This document shows, one piece after another, positions 1-14,087 of a stretch of DNA of 64,000 nucleotides (position 1 is its first letter; every line of letters begins with the position of its first letter). The stretch covers positions 6,324,001 to 6,388,000 of the forward strand of contig OZ024752.1 of the NCBI GenBank assembly GCA_964016885.1. Reading direction: 5' to 3'. The position numbers and the translations under genes are program-made. Below the pieces are notes generated by a model, which made no database searches, was not told the origin of the DNA, and was given only the letters and a program-made list of their open reading frames with translations. The DNA comes from Eledone cirrhosa. Taxonomy: Eukaryota.

Positions 1-405
1 GATGTCTGAATCTGTCACTGCATGGCTACCTAAACTCCTTAGTGAAAGTTTGCTATAATTTACCAAGTCATACTCGATTCTGAGTGATGGCCGTAGTTTT
101 TGGTTTTTATTTCAAATGTATATATGATTTCCAAAAGTGTTACGTGAGCATCATTTCTCAATTTTGTGTATTTTAGGTCAAATTACCAGCTCAAGCTAAA
201 GTAAAACAACAGCGAATACCAAATATATATGATAAAACACAGCTAAAACTTGAGGTAGGGTTTTCATTTATATAACAAAACTCTAGATTTGTTTAACCCT
301 TTTGATTTTAAACCAACGAAACTGTCCATGGTGTGCAACAATACAATACTGTTTAAAGTGTTTATCTAAAAACTGTCCATCATACTTATCTGTAAGAACC
401 TTTGA

Positions 406-1368
406 CTGGATGCCCTTCCTAATGCCAACTACTGTTACAGAGTGTACTGGGTGCATTTCATCGTGGTACCAGAACTGCCACTTTACCGAGTGTACTGAAT
501 GCGTTTTATCATGGCACCAACACTATTATTTTACAAAGTCTACCGGATGTATTTTATTGTGGCACCAGCACTACCACTTTATAGAGTGGGGTTGGTGCAA
601 TTCATCATGACACTAACACTTTACAGAGTGTACTGGGTGTATTTTATCATGACACCAGCACTACCATTTTACAGAGTGTACTGGGTGTATTTTATCACGA
701 CACCAACACTACCACTTTACAGAGTATACTGGGTATATTTTATCATGACATAAACACTACCATTTACAGAGTGTACTAGGTGTATTTCATCATGACACCA
801 ATACTATCACTATACAGAATGTACTGGGTGTATTTTATCATGACACCAGCACTACCACTTTACAAAATGTACTGAGTGTATTTTATCATGATACGAACAC
901 TACCACTTTACAGAGTGTACTGGGTGTATTTTATCATGACACCAGCACTACCATTTTACAGAGTGTACTGGGTGTATTTCATCATGACACCAACACTATC
1001 ACTATACAGAGTGTACTCGGTGTATTTTATCATGACACCAACGCTACCACTTTACAGAGTGTACTGGGTGTATTTTATCATGACACCAACACTACCACTT
1101 TACAGAGTGTACTGGATGTATTTTATCGTGGCACCAGAACAACCACTTTACAGAGTGTACTGGGTGTATTTTCTCATGTCACCAACACTATTACTTTACA
1201 GAGTATACTGGGTGTATTTTATCATGACACCAGAGCCACCATTTTACAGTGGACTTGGTGTATTTTATCATGATACAAACACTACCACTTTACAGAGTGA
1301 ACTGGGTGTATTTTATCATGACACCAACACTACCACTTTACAGCATGTACTGGGAGTGTTTTATCGCG
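406..1368 (-). repeat. 48-bp minisatellite (~19 units) expanded from the RTE-LINE 3'UTR unit
   Basis: Unit actttacagagtgtactgggtgtattttatcatgacaccagcactacc. It is anchored at 406-430 by ctggatgcccttcctaatgccaac, the reverse complement of the motif in the RTE 3'UTRs at ~38065 and ~63535. Confidence 0.85.
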
Positions 1369-1437
1369 GTTTTAATATTTATGCATTATAATATTTAAGT
1401 GATACAATTTATTGGCTATTTTTTCTCTATTGATTAG

Positions 1438-1611
<174 letters not shown>

Positions 1612-2049
1612 ATTTCTACAGAAAGACCAGCTCTGATTAGTGGCTGGCACCATTGGACACTTTTTTATTTCCAAATATTGAAATAGCCAAAATAAGGATT
1701 ATTAAACCCGCAAAAAAATTAATATCTATATTTGGCACCCAACAGAACATAAGTGCGTGTGTATTGTGTGTGTAAATATGTGTGCGCAAGTGTGTGTGCG
1801 TGCGTGTGTATATATGCACACATCGATGTGTGAGTGCATATGTGTGCTTCCTGAAATAATAACTTTTATATTGCTATATACATACACGCCAACTATTGAA
1901 AAAAGAAACAAAAAAACAGTTTATTTGTTGCAACTCTGTTCGTTGCAGACGTCAGATTTAAAACTCTATCCTCGTTCTCCTTCATTTCTCTTTCCATTAT
2001 ACAAAATATTCATCCCCTTCACACTTGCTAAACTCTTCTTCAACTGAAA

Positions 2050-2455
2050 TCTCTCTCTCTATGTGTATATATATAATCCCTCTCTCTATGTATATATATA
2101 CATATGTGTATATATATATAATCTCTCTCTATGTATATATATATATACATATGTGTATATATATATATACATATGTGTATATATATATAATCTCTCTCTC
2201 TATGTATATATATATATACATATGTGTATATATATATATATATAATCTCTCTCTCTTTCTCTCATATATATATATATATATAATCTTTAACTCTCTCTCT
2301 CTCTATATATATATGTATATATCTTTATCTCTCTCTCTCTCTCCCTCTATACATATTATATATATATAATATATAATATATATATATATAATATATATAT
2401 ATATATTATATATATATATATTATATATATATATATGCCCCTCTATACACACACA
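2050..2455. repeat. Compound (TA)n/(CT)n microsatellite
   Basis: Interleaved tatata and ctctct tracts. Confidence 0.9.
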
Positions 2456-2639
2456 CACCAATCTCTCCTCAGGTAATCTCTGATGTTATTCAGTTAAAGG
2501 TGTACTCTCCGTTCATTATCATCTCTATTTCTCTTCAACATTCTCTTTTATGATGTTAACGAGGCTTTTTTTAAGGGATTTACCCCTCCTTAATTAGTAA
2601 TCTACATTATCTACTTTGTGTACCAACACTTGCAGTTAA

Positions 2640-3157
2640 CCAGCCTGACATAGGTGGCACCAAACCTTATCACCAGCCTGACATAGGTGGCACCAAACCT
2701 TATCACCAGCCTGACATAGGTGGCACCAAACCTTATCACCAGCCTGACATAGGTGGCACCAAACCTTATCACCAGCCTGACATAGGTGGCACCAAACCTT
2801 ATCACCAGCCTGACATAGGTGGCACCAAACCTTATCACCAGCCTGACATAGGTGGCACCAAACCTTACCACCAGCCTGACATAGGTGGCACCAAACCTTA
2901 TCACCAGCCTGACATAGGTGGCACCAAACCTTATCACCAGCCTGATATAGGTGGCACCAAACCTTACCACCAGCCTGACATGGGTGACACTAAACCTTAT
3001 CACCAGCCTGACATGGGTGACACTAAACCTTATCACCAGCCTGACATGGGTTGTTCCCACCAGCCTGATATAGGTGACAACAAACCTTATCACCAGCCTG
3101 ACATAGGTGGCACCAAACCTTACCACCAGCCTGACATGGGTGACACTAAACCTTATC
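2640..3157. repeat. 33-bp minisatellite (~15 units)
   Basis: Unit caccagcctgacataggtggcaccaaaccttat; accounts for ORF 2611..3159. Confidence 0.95.
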
Positions 3158-3479
3158 AAACGCCAACATATTTCATCTCCATTTTCTCACCTTGTTTAAT
3201 TGTGAGTTAACGAGAGATGGAATAAAATGTTATGTTGAAAAGAGCAATGAGCACCTGTAGTTTTACCTATACATTCAGGTATGAAACAGCATCAACACCT
3301 GTAATTTTCTATATACACATGATATGTTAGCATGTATATACCAATGTTAGCACCTGCAGTCTCATCTATACACTCAGGTACGCTAGTGTCTATTTAATAT
3401 CATCAGCTATTGCCCTCTCTACATACTCAGGTGTGCTAGCGTTCATTAAACATACATGTAGTCCTATCTACATACCAAG

Positions 3480-3657
3480 GTATGCTAACATGTAGCCCTC
3501 TCTACGCACATGTATGCTAACATGTAGCTCTATCTACACACAGGTATGCTAACATGTAGCCATCTCTACAGACAGGTATGCTAACATGTAGCCCTCTCTA
3601 CACAGGTATGCTAACATGTAGCCCTCTCTACACAGGTATGCTAACATGTAGCCCTAT
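3480..3657. repeat. ~30-bp degenerate minisatellite
   Basis: Repeats of caggtatgctaacatgtagccctctctaca. Confidence 0.85.
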
Positions 3658-3739
3658 CGTACGTTAATTCTATCATATATTTGACATAGTGACACTACTA
3701 AATAACACAGAATAACTCTTTGTGTGTGTATATATATAT

Positions 3740-3785
<46 letters not shown>

Positions 3786-4360
3786 ATATATTTACATGAA
3801 CATTCTCTCATATTTGTTGGGGTGACAAAGAGAATATTTAAACTCGTTAATGTTCCCAATATTATATATTAGGGGCTCCCCTGCCCCCTCCCCAACCTAC
3901 CTTTTCAACATTTGAAAATTGTTGAAAAGTCTTTGGCAGCTAATATCTCTAAACTACCTTTGAAACTTCTGTAAACAATAACAACAAAATATTAATTTAA
4001 ATAAGACGCCAGAAACAATAATGTAAAAACTTGTCTGAATCTTAACGATGGCCGATTGACAGCCATTGGAGCTTTGTATTCAATACCTTGCTATTATTTC
4101 TAGCTCTCTGTATTCTGAGTTCAATTCCTGCCAAGATCAACTTTGCCTTTCATCCGGACCGGTGTGGATTGGCAGAATTCTTAAAGAATCAATCAATGAT
4201 CCTGTTCTGATGTGTTCTGAGTTCAAATTCCTTCTCTGCTAGGAGTTGCAACTGGCAGAGAAGATCAGGAATGGTATGACGAATGGAAACATTGCTTCCT
4301 TGGTCTCATTTGATGAATGGCTCCTTTCCTTTATTAATTTCTATTTTTATTTCTTTCCTC

Positions 4361-4613
4361 TTGTTAAACAGTGTCAGAGAGCCCTCCAAAATAGACTGTT
4401 AAACAGTGTTAGGAAGCCCTCTAAAATTGACTGTTAAACAGTATCGGGGAGCCCGCCAAAGTAGACCATTAAACACTCAGAGAGCCCTCCAACGTAGACC
4501 ATTAAATACTGTCAGGGAGCCCTCCAAAATAGACTGTTAAAGACTGTCAGAGAGCCCTCCAAAGTAGACTGTTTGTTAAACACTGTCAGAGAGCCCTCCA
4601 AAGCAGACTGTTA
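4361..4613. repeat. ~35-bp degenerate minisatellite
   Basis: Repeats of ctgttaaacagtgtcagagagccctccaaaataga. Confidence 0.85.
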
Positions 4614-4847
4614 TATCTAAATTCCTGTCTGCTTAGTCCATCAACTTTATAGGATTTTTGCAAGCATTATATCTAAACCAATGCCTTGTTAATGTTTGCA
4701 CTCATAACATCCAATATATTTCTTTCTAATTGAGGTTTTGTCTCAAAACTTGATTGTCTATTGAACACTACAATCAATATCTAATATACCAAACATTTAT
4801 GGTTACATTGCTATCTTTTAGTTCTAAAGTGCCTTGTTTTAAACTTC

Positions 4848-4970
<123 letters not shown>

Positions 4971-5159
4971 ACTGTTGCCTGTTCTAAACCAGTTGTCCCC
5001 CACTTTTTCACTACCAGAAACCCTTTATATTTAAATGAGCTCCCCCACTCCACAAACCACGTTACAATTACTCCTCTCCCAGGTTGTTATATAGTGAGAA
5101 CCGAGTGTCGGAAATGTTTATAATTAGAAAAGAAAGGATATCCATTTGCTGGTGTATTA

Positions 5160-5349
5160 TGGATTGTCAGTATCGGTAGAGTATCTGACGCCATGTTTTG
5201 CGGCATAGAGTTACATCCCTTTATGGTCTGCGTTCAAATCCCGCCGAGAATAACTTTGCCTTTCGTCCTTACGGAGTTGATAAAATAAAGTACCAGTAAT
5301 ACACTGAGATAATTGCTGGCCTTGTGCCAAAAGTAGAGACAATTATTAT
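5160..5349 (+). mobile_element. tRNA-derived SINE, family A (Meta-domain-like core)
   Basis: A-box-like head, B box gttcaaatcc, core ctttgcctttc.tccttacgg.g...gataaaataaagtaccag, tail gctggccttgtgccaaaagtaga.acaattatt. Near-identical copies at 30815, 32340, 39360 and 39550. Confidence 0.8.
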
Positions 5350-6189
5350 GTTTTGACAAACTTCTTGAAATTGTAACAATTGAGAGAGAAATGTCTAGGC
5401 TAAGAAAAGATTAGATAGCATTTGTATATTATATTTTTTTAACAATGTACCTGGAATGCTCAACTTAGCTGACAGACACCTTAAGGGTTAATGAAACTCT
5501 TAAGAGATCCTAAGAATCAATGAAACTTTTAAACTTGGAACTATTGTTCTCTTTGATTATACAACTGTCAATCTTTCCTTTGTTGTATGTTTTATCTGTA
5601 AATTAAGACAACTACAATACGGTTATATAAAGAGGATTTCAGTTACAGCAGCCAGGATAATATTTGTTTTAGATTTATAAAGTAGACATACCTATGTCTT
5701 CATTTTACCTTATCAGGGAACTAACAGAGTTATTAGGCATCAAATACCTCTTTATTCTGGATCTCGGCATTCTGAGTTGGGATCCTCTCGTGATCAACTT
5801 AGCACTTTGCCTGTCATCCCATCTGGTTTGGTAAATAAAGAACCAGTCCATTCATGGTTCTTTATTTGGCAGAACAGTTAAAGAACCAGATCAGGTGCTT
5901 CATACTTCACAGTATCTGGCTCTTGTGTGTTCTTTGTTCAAATCTTGCTTCCTTTTGCCAGGGGTTGTGATTGGCAGATAGTGCCAGCAATAGACAGATC
6001 AATGGAACACCTTGGTTCAATCTTACAATTGTTCCTTTTTTTTACCTTAACTATTTTGATTGTTGTTCTTAGTGTTGCTAGTCTAAACTATTTTCAAATT
6101 TAAAACTTATTTCAGTAAATAGCAATCATTTGGATACCAACCCACCCAAAGCCACCTCTGGTTCTGTCAAACACAACCACCCATTTTAA

Positions 6190-6394
6190 CCCTCTAGCAT
6201 TTAAACCGGCCATATCCGGCCAGAATTCTCTTACCTCTTTCTGTTCAGACCAGCTGTAATTGGCCACTTATACTTATGTTAAGGTAGTGTTCTCAAAATA
6301 AATATCTAAATCTCATAGATTCAATATTATGTGAGATAAAGCCTTTACCATGAAAATACAATAGTATATATAGAGTAATGTAAATGCTAAAGGG
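6190..6394. mobile_element. piggyBac-type non-autonomous MITE (TTAA target site)
   Basis: TTAA|ccctctagcattta ... taaatgctaaaggg|TTAA terminal inverted repeats. Related copies at 32011, 35150 and 51557. Confidence 0.8.
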
Positions 6395-7310
6395 TTAAAG
6401 GTTTCCTATTTAAATCTCCAACCTAATCTTATATAAACTATATGAAGTTCTATCATAGTAATGAAACAATTTTAGTGAATCCCTCAAAATTCCGCATTAT
6501 TTAATTGAAATAGTATATTTCATTAGAAATACATCACAAAAGGGTTATATAAATACAAATTATGCATGAGGCTTCTAACCGAATAAATATTTAGCCAGAA
6601 CACATTGACATCAGTGATGAGGCATGCAAACCTCGACATCAGCATATGTCACTTAAATTTACATAATTACTCTTTATTATATAAACTAGCAGAAAACCAC
6701 CTTAGGGTGGTTTTCTACTAGCATGTGTAGTGTGTATATTGATATTATACGCAAGTATGTATACATGTAGATATGATACATCAAATAAAATCGTAATTGA
6801 CAATATAAACAGAAATTGAACGAAGACTCCGTTACACTGTCTTATGTAATCAGTAACGTAATCCATGATACATTAAAAAAAGACGATATTATATATAAAC
6901 TGCATTAGGAGAAAATTAGTATGTTTATTTAAGTGATCACCACCGGAAGTGTTGACATCACACACTCTCTCTTTCTCTATATATGGTAGTTGAAGTGGTG
7001 GTGGTGGTGGCGATGATATACCGGAAGAGCAACTTTGAAAAGAAGTCAATTTTAAATTATTTATTTTTACGAAATTTAGTAGATAAATTATGTAATATTC
7101 ATTCATTATTTATTCAAAGTAATCCAACTTATTTTACTAACGAGGTAAAAAAAAAACCCATACACAGTCCCGCAGACCTTCCTTTATTATAGTTTAGATT
7201 TGCTTCTCTTTCTCTCTTTTTTTTCACCTATAACTTCTCTTTGCAAGGATTCCTCTATCACAATTGCTTCCAATCTAGTCACCACAAACCTATGATAATG
7301 TGTCTGGAAG

Positions 7311-7366
<56 letters not shown>

Positions 7367-7474
7367 CCCTCCCCCCAGTATAGCTATTACATCTGCCTTT
7401 GACATTTGTCTGACGTATCAGCATTCAAGCGCAAGAACAATAAGTTGGCTTTTCTCTTCATTATATTATATAGC

Positions 7475-7655
7475 AGCCCTTTCTTGTGCATTTGAGGTGC
7501 TATATGTTAACAGGACAACCTGGTTGGAATGAAACGGCCCTCTGTTGTGCATTTGAGGTGCTATATGTTAGCAGGACAACCTGGTTAGAATGAAATGGCC
7601 CTCTGTTGTGCATTTGAGGTGCTATATGTTAACAGGACAACCTGGTTGAAATGAT
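7475..7655. repeat. ~59-bp tandem repeat x3
   Basis: tgtgcatttgaggtgctatatgttaacaggacaacctggtt... repeated three times. Confidence 0.9.
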
Positions 7656-7824
7656 GAGATTGTTAAAATGTGTTTTGTATAAATGAAGGTTATGTTGTTT
7701 TACTTTTGTACATATTTAATTGTGTAAAGTTATGGCATGTCTTGTGTGTGTGTGTGTGTATATGTGTTTGTATTTTATTAATTTTCCTTGATAAAAAAAA
7801 ATAAATGGGAAAATTATTGTTGAA

Positions 7825-7945
7825 TATGCATTTGTGTGTGTATATATGTACATGCATTTGTGTGTGTGTGTATATATGTATATGCATTTGTGTGTGTGTA
7901 TATGTACATGCATATATTTAGCCAAGTATACATGTGTCGTGTGTG

Positions 7946-7982
<37 letters not shown>

Positions 7983-8526
7983 AAGTATACGTGTTGTGTG
8001 TGTGTGTGTGTGTATAGCCAAGTATACGTTATATGTATGTGTGTATATAGCCAAGTACACATCTGTTATATGTGAGTGTGTATATAGCCAAGTATACATG
8101 TTATATGTATGTATGTGTATATATATATGTGTGTGTATATAGCCAAGTATACATGTTATATGTATGTATGTGTTGTATATATATATATGTGTATATAGCC
8201 AAGTATACATGTTATGTGTGTGTGTGTATGTATATATATATATGTGTGTATATAGCCAAGTATACATGTTATATGTATGTATATGTGTATATATATATAT
8301 ATATATGTGTGTGTGTATATAGCCAAGTATACATGTTATATGTATGTATGTGTGTGTATATAACCAAGTATACATGTTATATGTATGTGTGTGTGTATAT
8401 AGCCAAGTATACATGTTATATGTATGTGTGTGTGTATATAGCCAAGTATACATGTTATATGTATGTACGTGTTGTATATATATATATGTGTATATAGCCA
8501 AGTATACATGTTATATGTATATATAG
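7825..8526. repeat. Compound TG/TA microsatellite with a recurring agccaagtatacatg anchor
   Basis: About 12 copies of agccaagtatacatgttatatg separated by variable (TG)/(TA) runs. Confidence 0.9.
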
Positions 8527-8671
8527 TTAAGAATATTTCTTTGTTTGTACAAAGTATTTGACTTAAGCCTTTTTTTTTTAAATACATCAGCTTTGCCAAA
8601 TGTTGAATATATTATCTTAATATTGACTTTATAATAATTTCAAAAGAAAAACAAAAACAACCCTCCTCCTC

Positions 8672-9574
8672 CCAACAAAACAACACCCTGACCCCAACAA
8701 AACAATACCTTGACTCCAACAAAACAACACCCTGACTCCAACAAAACAATACCTTGACTCCAACAAAACAACACCCTGACTCCAACAAAACAGCACCCTG
8801 ACTCCAACAAAACAGCACCCTGACTCCAACAAAACAGCACCCTGACTCCAACAAAACAGCACCCTGACTCCAACAAAACAGCACCCTGACTCCAACAAAA
8901 CAGCACCCTGACTCCAACAAAACAGCACCCTGACTCCAACAAAACAGCACCCTGACTCCAACAAAACAGCACCCTGACTCCAACAAAACAGCACCCTGAC
9001 TCCAACAAAACAGCACCCTGACTCCAACAAAACAGCACCCTGACTCCAACAAAACAGCACCCTGACTCCAACAAAACAGCACCCTGACTCCAACAAAACA
9101 GCACCCTGACTCCAACAAAACAGCACCCTGACTCCAACAAAACAGCACCCTGACTCCAACAAAACAGCACCCTGACTCCAACAAAACAGCACCCTGACTC
9201 CAACAAAACAGCACCCTGACTCCAACAAAACAGCACCCTGACTCCAACAAAACAGCACCCTGACTCCAACAAAACAGCACCCTGACTCCAACAAAACAGC
9301 ACCCTGACTCCAACAAAACAGCACCCTGACTCCAACAAAACAGCACCCTGACTCCAACAAAACAGCACCCTGACTCCAACAAAACAGCACCCTGACTCCA
9401 ACAAAACAGCACCCTGACTCCAACAAAACAGCACCCTGACTCCAACAAAACAGCACCCTGACTCCAACAAAACAGCACCCTGACTCCAACAAAACAGCAC
9501 CCTGACTCCAACAAAACAGCACCCTGACTCCAACAAAACAGCACCCTGACTCCAACAAAACAGCACCCTGACCC
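8672..9574. repeat. 22-bp minisatellite (~41 near-identical units)
   Basis: Unit ccctgactccaacaaaacagca; accounts for the three minus-strand ORFs at 8612-9580. Confidence 0.97.
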
Positions 9575-9889
9575 CATCATGTAAGATAAAAGTTAGTTAC
9601 ACTTTTCTGGTGGAGCTATAAAGATGTGTGATATTTCTTATCTGACACTACGAAATTTTAATGACACGCTTTCTACATAATTCATATTATTTTTTATATT
9701 AAATCAACAAAACTAATTAAAAAAAAAAGAAAGAAAAAGAAAGAAAAAAGAAAAGAGAGCAGTAATTGATGATGATGATGATGATGATGATAATTATTGA
9801 ATTTTTGGATAACGAAGTGTTTTGGCATTGAGTTATCTGTACAATTATGTATATTTGAAAGATTTCTGTGAAATATCAACCTGACTTAT

Positions 9890-10400
9890 GTAGCGTGGTG
9901 ATTTCATCTGTCTGTCTGTCAGGGTGTTCAGCTCAGGATTGTAAGGTCGTGGGTTCAAATTCCCAGCAGCCCGTCTTTGAAAACAATCCACTCACCTGGC
10001 AAAAGTGAGTTGTACCTGTAATTCAAAGGGCCAGCCTTGTCGACACGCTGAATCTTTCTGAGAATTGTGTGAAGGGTTTTATGCCTGTAATACAAAGGCT
10101 GACCTTATTGCCACACACACACTGTGTTGGGGTGAGTCTCCCTGAGAATTGAGTGAGGGATTTTATGCCTGTAATACAAAGGTTGACCTTATTGTCACAC
10201 ACACACTGTGTTGGGGTGAGTCTCCCTGAGAGCTATGTTAAGGGTGTTCTGCCTGTAATTCAAAGGGCCAGACTGTGTAATACTGAATCTCCCTGAGAGC
10301 TATGTTAAGGATGTATATGTCTGCAGAATGCTTGGACTCTTGGATATTGATTTGATGAGCATGTTGTTCCATTGCTTGAATCAGACTCTACAGAGGCCTC
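9890..10400 (+). mobile_element. tRNA-headed SINE with internal tandem duplications
   Basis: B box gggttcaaattcc at ~9951. The block cctgtaat.caaaggg...tctccctgaga is repeated about 4 times. Confidence 0.55.
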
Positions 10401-10935
10401 AGTGTGTGAGTTTATTATTAGTTGTCTCCTAACAAACTGTTAATGAAGAGAAAATATTTGAACAATGTTAAAATATTCATATTGAATCTGAGAACCTAAT
10501 ATTACCAAAATCACCATAAATTTCACTAATTCTACAATTGGGTTTAGCTATGACTTTAATTTAGTGGCAAATACTTTTGTTTTCTCTAGAACTTTCTAAG
10601 TTTCTCCTTTGTTACTGCTTTCTCTCCTTTTATCCATTCTTTAGCACTAAATATACATGTATAATATTTCTTAAAAAACAAACAAAAAATATTTTTTGAA
10701 TGCACTACAAAATTTTTTTATTATTTTCTGATTAAAGATAAAGGAATGAAGTTGTTTTTCTATTTGAATGTTTGAAACTCTGTGCAATGCTGTAATAAAA
10801 CCTCCCCCCAAATGTATAGGGTGATGATAAACTGTTATAAATTCTTATGTATTAAATTTTCAGAAGAGAATTTCATCAGTTTTTTTTTTAAATACCAATT
10901 TTCAACATATTTTTATGTGTGTGTACACATACATA

Positions 10936-10986
<51 letters not shown>

Positions 10987-11009
10987 ATATGTACATACAT
11001 ATGCATATA

Positions 11010-11367
11010 CAGGGTAAGGGTAAAGACCCCCCCCCCCCCTCAGTCACTAATGACCCCGGGATTTGCACCTAGAAAGTTCCCCTCCAAGGTACAACTCCAG
11101 GCCAGGTTGTGTGTGGAAGACCAGCAGTCACCCATGTATACCAGTCTCCCCTCTCCACGCCACCGATGATGTCCAAGGGAAAAGCAATGACCGGTACAGC
11201 TTGGCACCAGTGATGTCGCAACTCATTTCTACAGCTGAGTAAACTGGAGCAACGGGAAATAAAGTGTCTTGCTCAAGGATATAACATATCACCCGGTTCG
11301 AGAATCGAACTCCCAACCACATGATCGTAAGCCCAACACTCTAACCACTATGCCATGCACCTTCACA
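11010..11367 (-). mobile_element. tRNA-derived SINE, family B head with non-RTE tail
   Basis: Reverse strand reads gtgaaggtgcatggcatagtggttag...gttcgattc...cttgagcaagacactttatt...ctcagctgtagaaatgag. A partial + strand copy of the body lies at 13400-13635. Confidence 0.8.
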
Positions 11368-11659
11368 CACACACCACACACCACACACACACAACCATAA
11401 ATCACATATTTGTTATTGATGTTATATATATATATATCATAAATCACAAATCACACATTTGTTATTGATGCTCAGTCAAAAATAGTTTGTTTCATTTTCT
11501 TGCTTATGAGAAGTAAAAAGAAATATGACTCCGTATGTTTTTATATTTAAACTTTGGATGGGAAATTGTCGTTTTTTAAAAACATCTCTTGTGTTATTGT
11601 TATTTTAATTTTTCAGTTTTATCCTTTCTAATCCATGCAAACATACAACAGCTCCTCAT

Positions 11660-12620
11660 TTAGTGACCTGGCTCCGATATATTATACAGTCACTCTTCAG
11701 TGACCAGGCTCTGATATATTATACAGTCACTCCTCAGTGACCTGGCTCTGATATATTATACAGTCACTCCTCAATGACCAGCTCTGATATATTATACAGT
11801 CACTCTTCAGTGACCAGGCTCTGATATATTATACAGTCACTCCTCAGTGACCAGGCCCTGATATATTATACAGTCACTCCTCAGTGACCAGGCCCTGATA
11901 TATTATACAGTCACTCCTCAGTGACCAGGCCCTGATATATTATACAGTCACTCCTCAGTGACCAGGCCCTGATATATTATACAGTCACTCTTCAGTGACC
12001 AGGCTCTGATATATTATACAGTCACTCCTCAGTGACCAGGCCCTGATATATTATACAGTCACTCCTCAGTGACCAGGCCCTGATATATTATACAGTCACT
12101 CTTCAGTGACCAGGCTCTGATATATTATACAGTCACTCTTCAGTGACCAGGCCCTGATATATTATACAGTCACTCCTCAGTGACCAGCCCTGATATATTA
12201 TACAGTCACTCCTCAGTGACCAGGCCCTGATATATTATACAGTCACTCCTCAGTGACCAGGCCCTGATATATTATACAGTCACTCGTCAGTGACCAGGCT
12301 CCGATATATTATACAGTCACTCTTCAGTGACCAGGCTCCGATATATTATACAGTCACTCTTCAGTGACCAGGCTCTGATATATTATACAGTCACTCTTCA
12401 GTGACCAGGCCCTGATATATTATACAGTCACTCCTCAGTGACCAGCCCTGATATATTATACAGTCACTCTTCAGTGACCAGGCTCCGATATATTATACAG
12501 TCACTCTTCAGTGACCAGGCTCCGATATATTATACAGTCACTCCTCAGTGGCCAGCTCTGATATATTATACAGTCACTCTTCAGTGACCAGGCCCTGATA
12601 TATGATAGTCACTCCTCATT
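11660..12620. repeat. 37-bp minisatellite (~26 units)
   Basis: Unit cagtgaccaggccctgatatattatacagtcactcct. Confidence 0.95.
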
Positions 12621-13769
12621 TAGTGATCAGGTTCTGTTCTCATTACCTCCACAAAATTAATTGATCAGTGTACAAATTTCTCACTTAACAACTAAGTTCT
12701 GTTTTACTGGCCTTAAACTCCTCATTTAACAACCAATTTCTGTTTTACTGGTCATAAAGGACATTTATCAGTAAACCCATCACTTCAATAGGTACTTTTT
12801 CTAATGAAGTTAGTCATAAAGTATCTTTAGATATAATTTTAATCACATGACAGGTGATAGCGTCTCTGAGAGCGTGAAAAGTTAAGTATCAGTTTCATAT
12901 TAAATTAATTATCTGAGTAAAGACATTTTTAGAGGTTTAATGGAAACACTGTCTTAGTAACTGTAAATTGGTTTTATTTTGAAACAATCATAAAAGATTT
13001 GATGGATAAAGAAAAGACTAAAATATATATAAAAGAAATTTAAAAAAAAGTACATAACATAAATATGTCTACACAAAAAATGTATCGTAAGTGTGAGAAA
13101 CTGATGGTCGTTAAGTGAGGGCTGTATTTTATATAGTCATAGATATTACCTTTTATCTCTGCTGAGTACTGCAAGGAATTTCCTTGGGTGTCTGTCTCCA
13201 GGGTATATATGTATTATTTACTATATTGCTTCTTAAATTTCTTTAATTTAATTTTTCAAATCTGGAAGAAAAACTCATTAGTTGAGGCTGACATAATTTT
13301 GGTGGTGTTTTTGCCAATGTTAGGCTCTCATACAAGAATATATATTGCTATCATGGTATGAGTGTACAGGGACTGTATATATTCACATTGTTTCTGTCCA
13401 ACCAGCTGGGAAAATACGAGTTACAATGACAAAGGTGCCAAGCTGTATTGAATTTTCTCTTTCCCTTGGACAACATTTGTGTCGTGAAGAGGAGACTTGC
13501 ATATATGGATAACTGCTGGTCTTACACAAAAACTCTTCCTTGATTTGTGTCTTGGAGAGGCAAGATTATGGTCAGTCATGGGTGTAGAACCAATGACCAG
13601 TCATGACCGAAAGGGGACAGAGGGGTCTCCTTTTCTATGTATTCATAGATGACAGTTTTTTTTAGTAAAAAAGATTAGACATGAAAATCTGTGTGTGACT
13701 TATCTACCAAACCTCACTGTTCTGAGCTTGGAGTATTATATAATGGAGCCAAAATATAGAAACAAATTA

Positions 13770-14087
13770 CCATATATGGTAAACCATGGTAGAACTGACT
13801 TATGACTATATGGTATAGCATGGTAGAACTGACTTATGACTATATGGTATAGCATGGTAGAACAGTGATGTGGCTATATATGGTATACCATGGTAAAACT
13901 GACATGACTATTTACGATAGAACTGTGACTTATAACCATATATGGTATACCATGGTATAACTGACTTATGACTATTTATGGTAGAACTGTGACATGACTC
14001 TGGTAGAACTGACTTATGACTATATATGGTATACCATGGTAGACCAGTGAGTTATGACCATATATGGTATGTGATGGTAGAACTGAA
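13770..14087. repeat. Degenerate ~33-bp minisatellite
   Basis: Repeats of catggtagaactgacttatgactatatggtata. Confidence 0.8.

Noticed and set aside
5160-5250. tRNA genes at A/B-box motifs
   Set aside because: These are SINE heads that continue into shared core and tail sequence and do not form full cloverleaves.
6605-6652. Hammerhead-like gtgatgagg...cctcgaca
   Set aside because: Core deviates at essential positions (no CUGA, no GAAA).
7825-8526. Constant repeat with variable spacers resembling a CRISPR array
   Set aside because: Spacers are TG/TA microsatellite runs, there are no cas genes, and the context is eukaryotic.
8612-9580. Three ~310-aa ORFs
   Set aside because: 22-bp repeat read in three frames.
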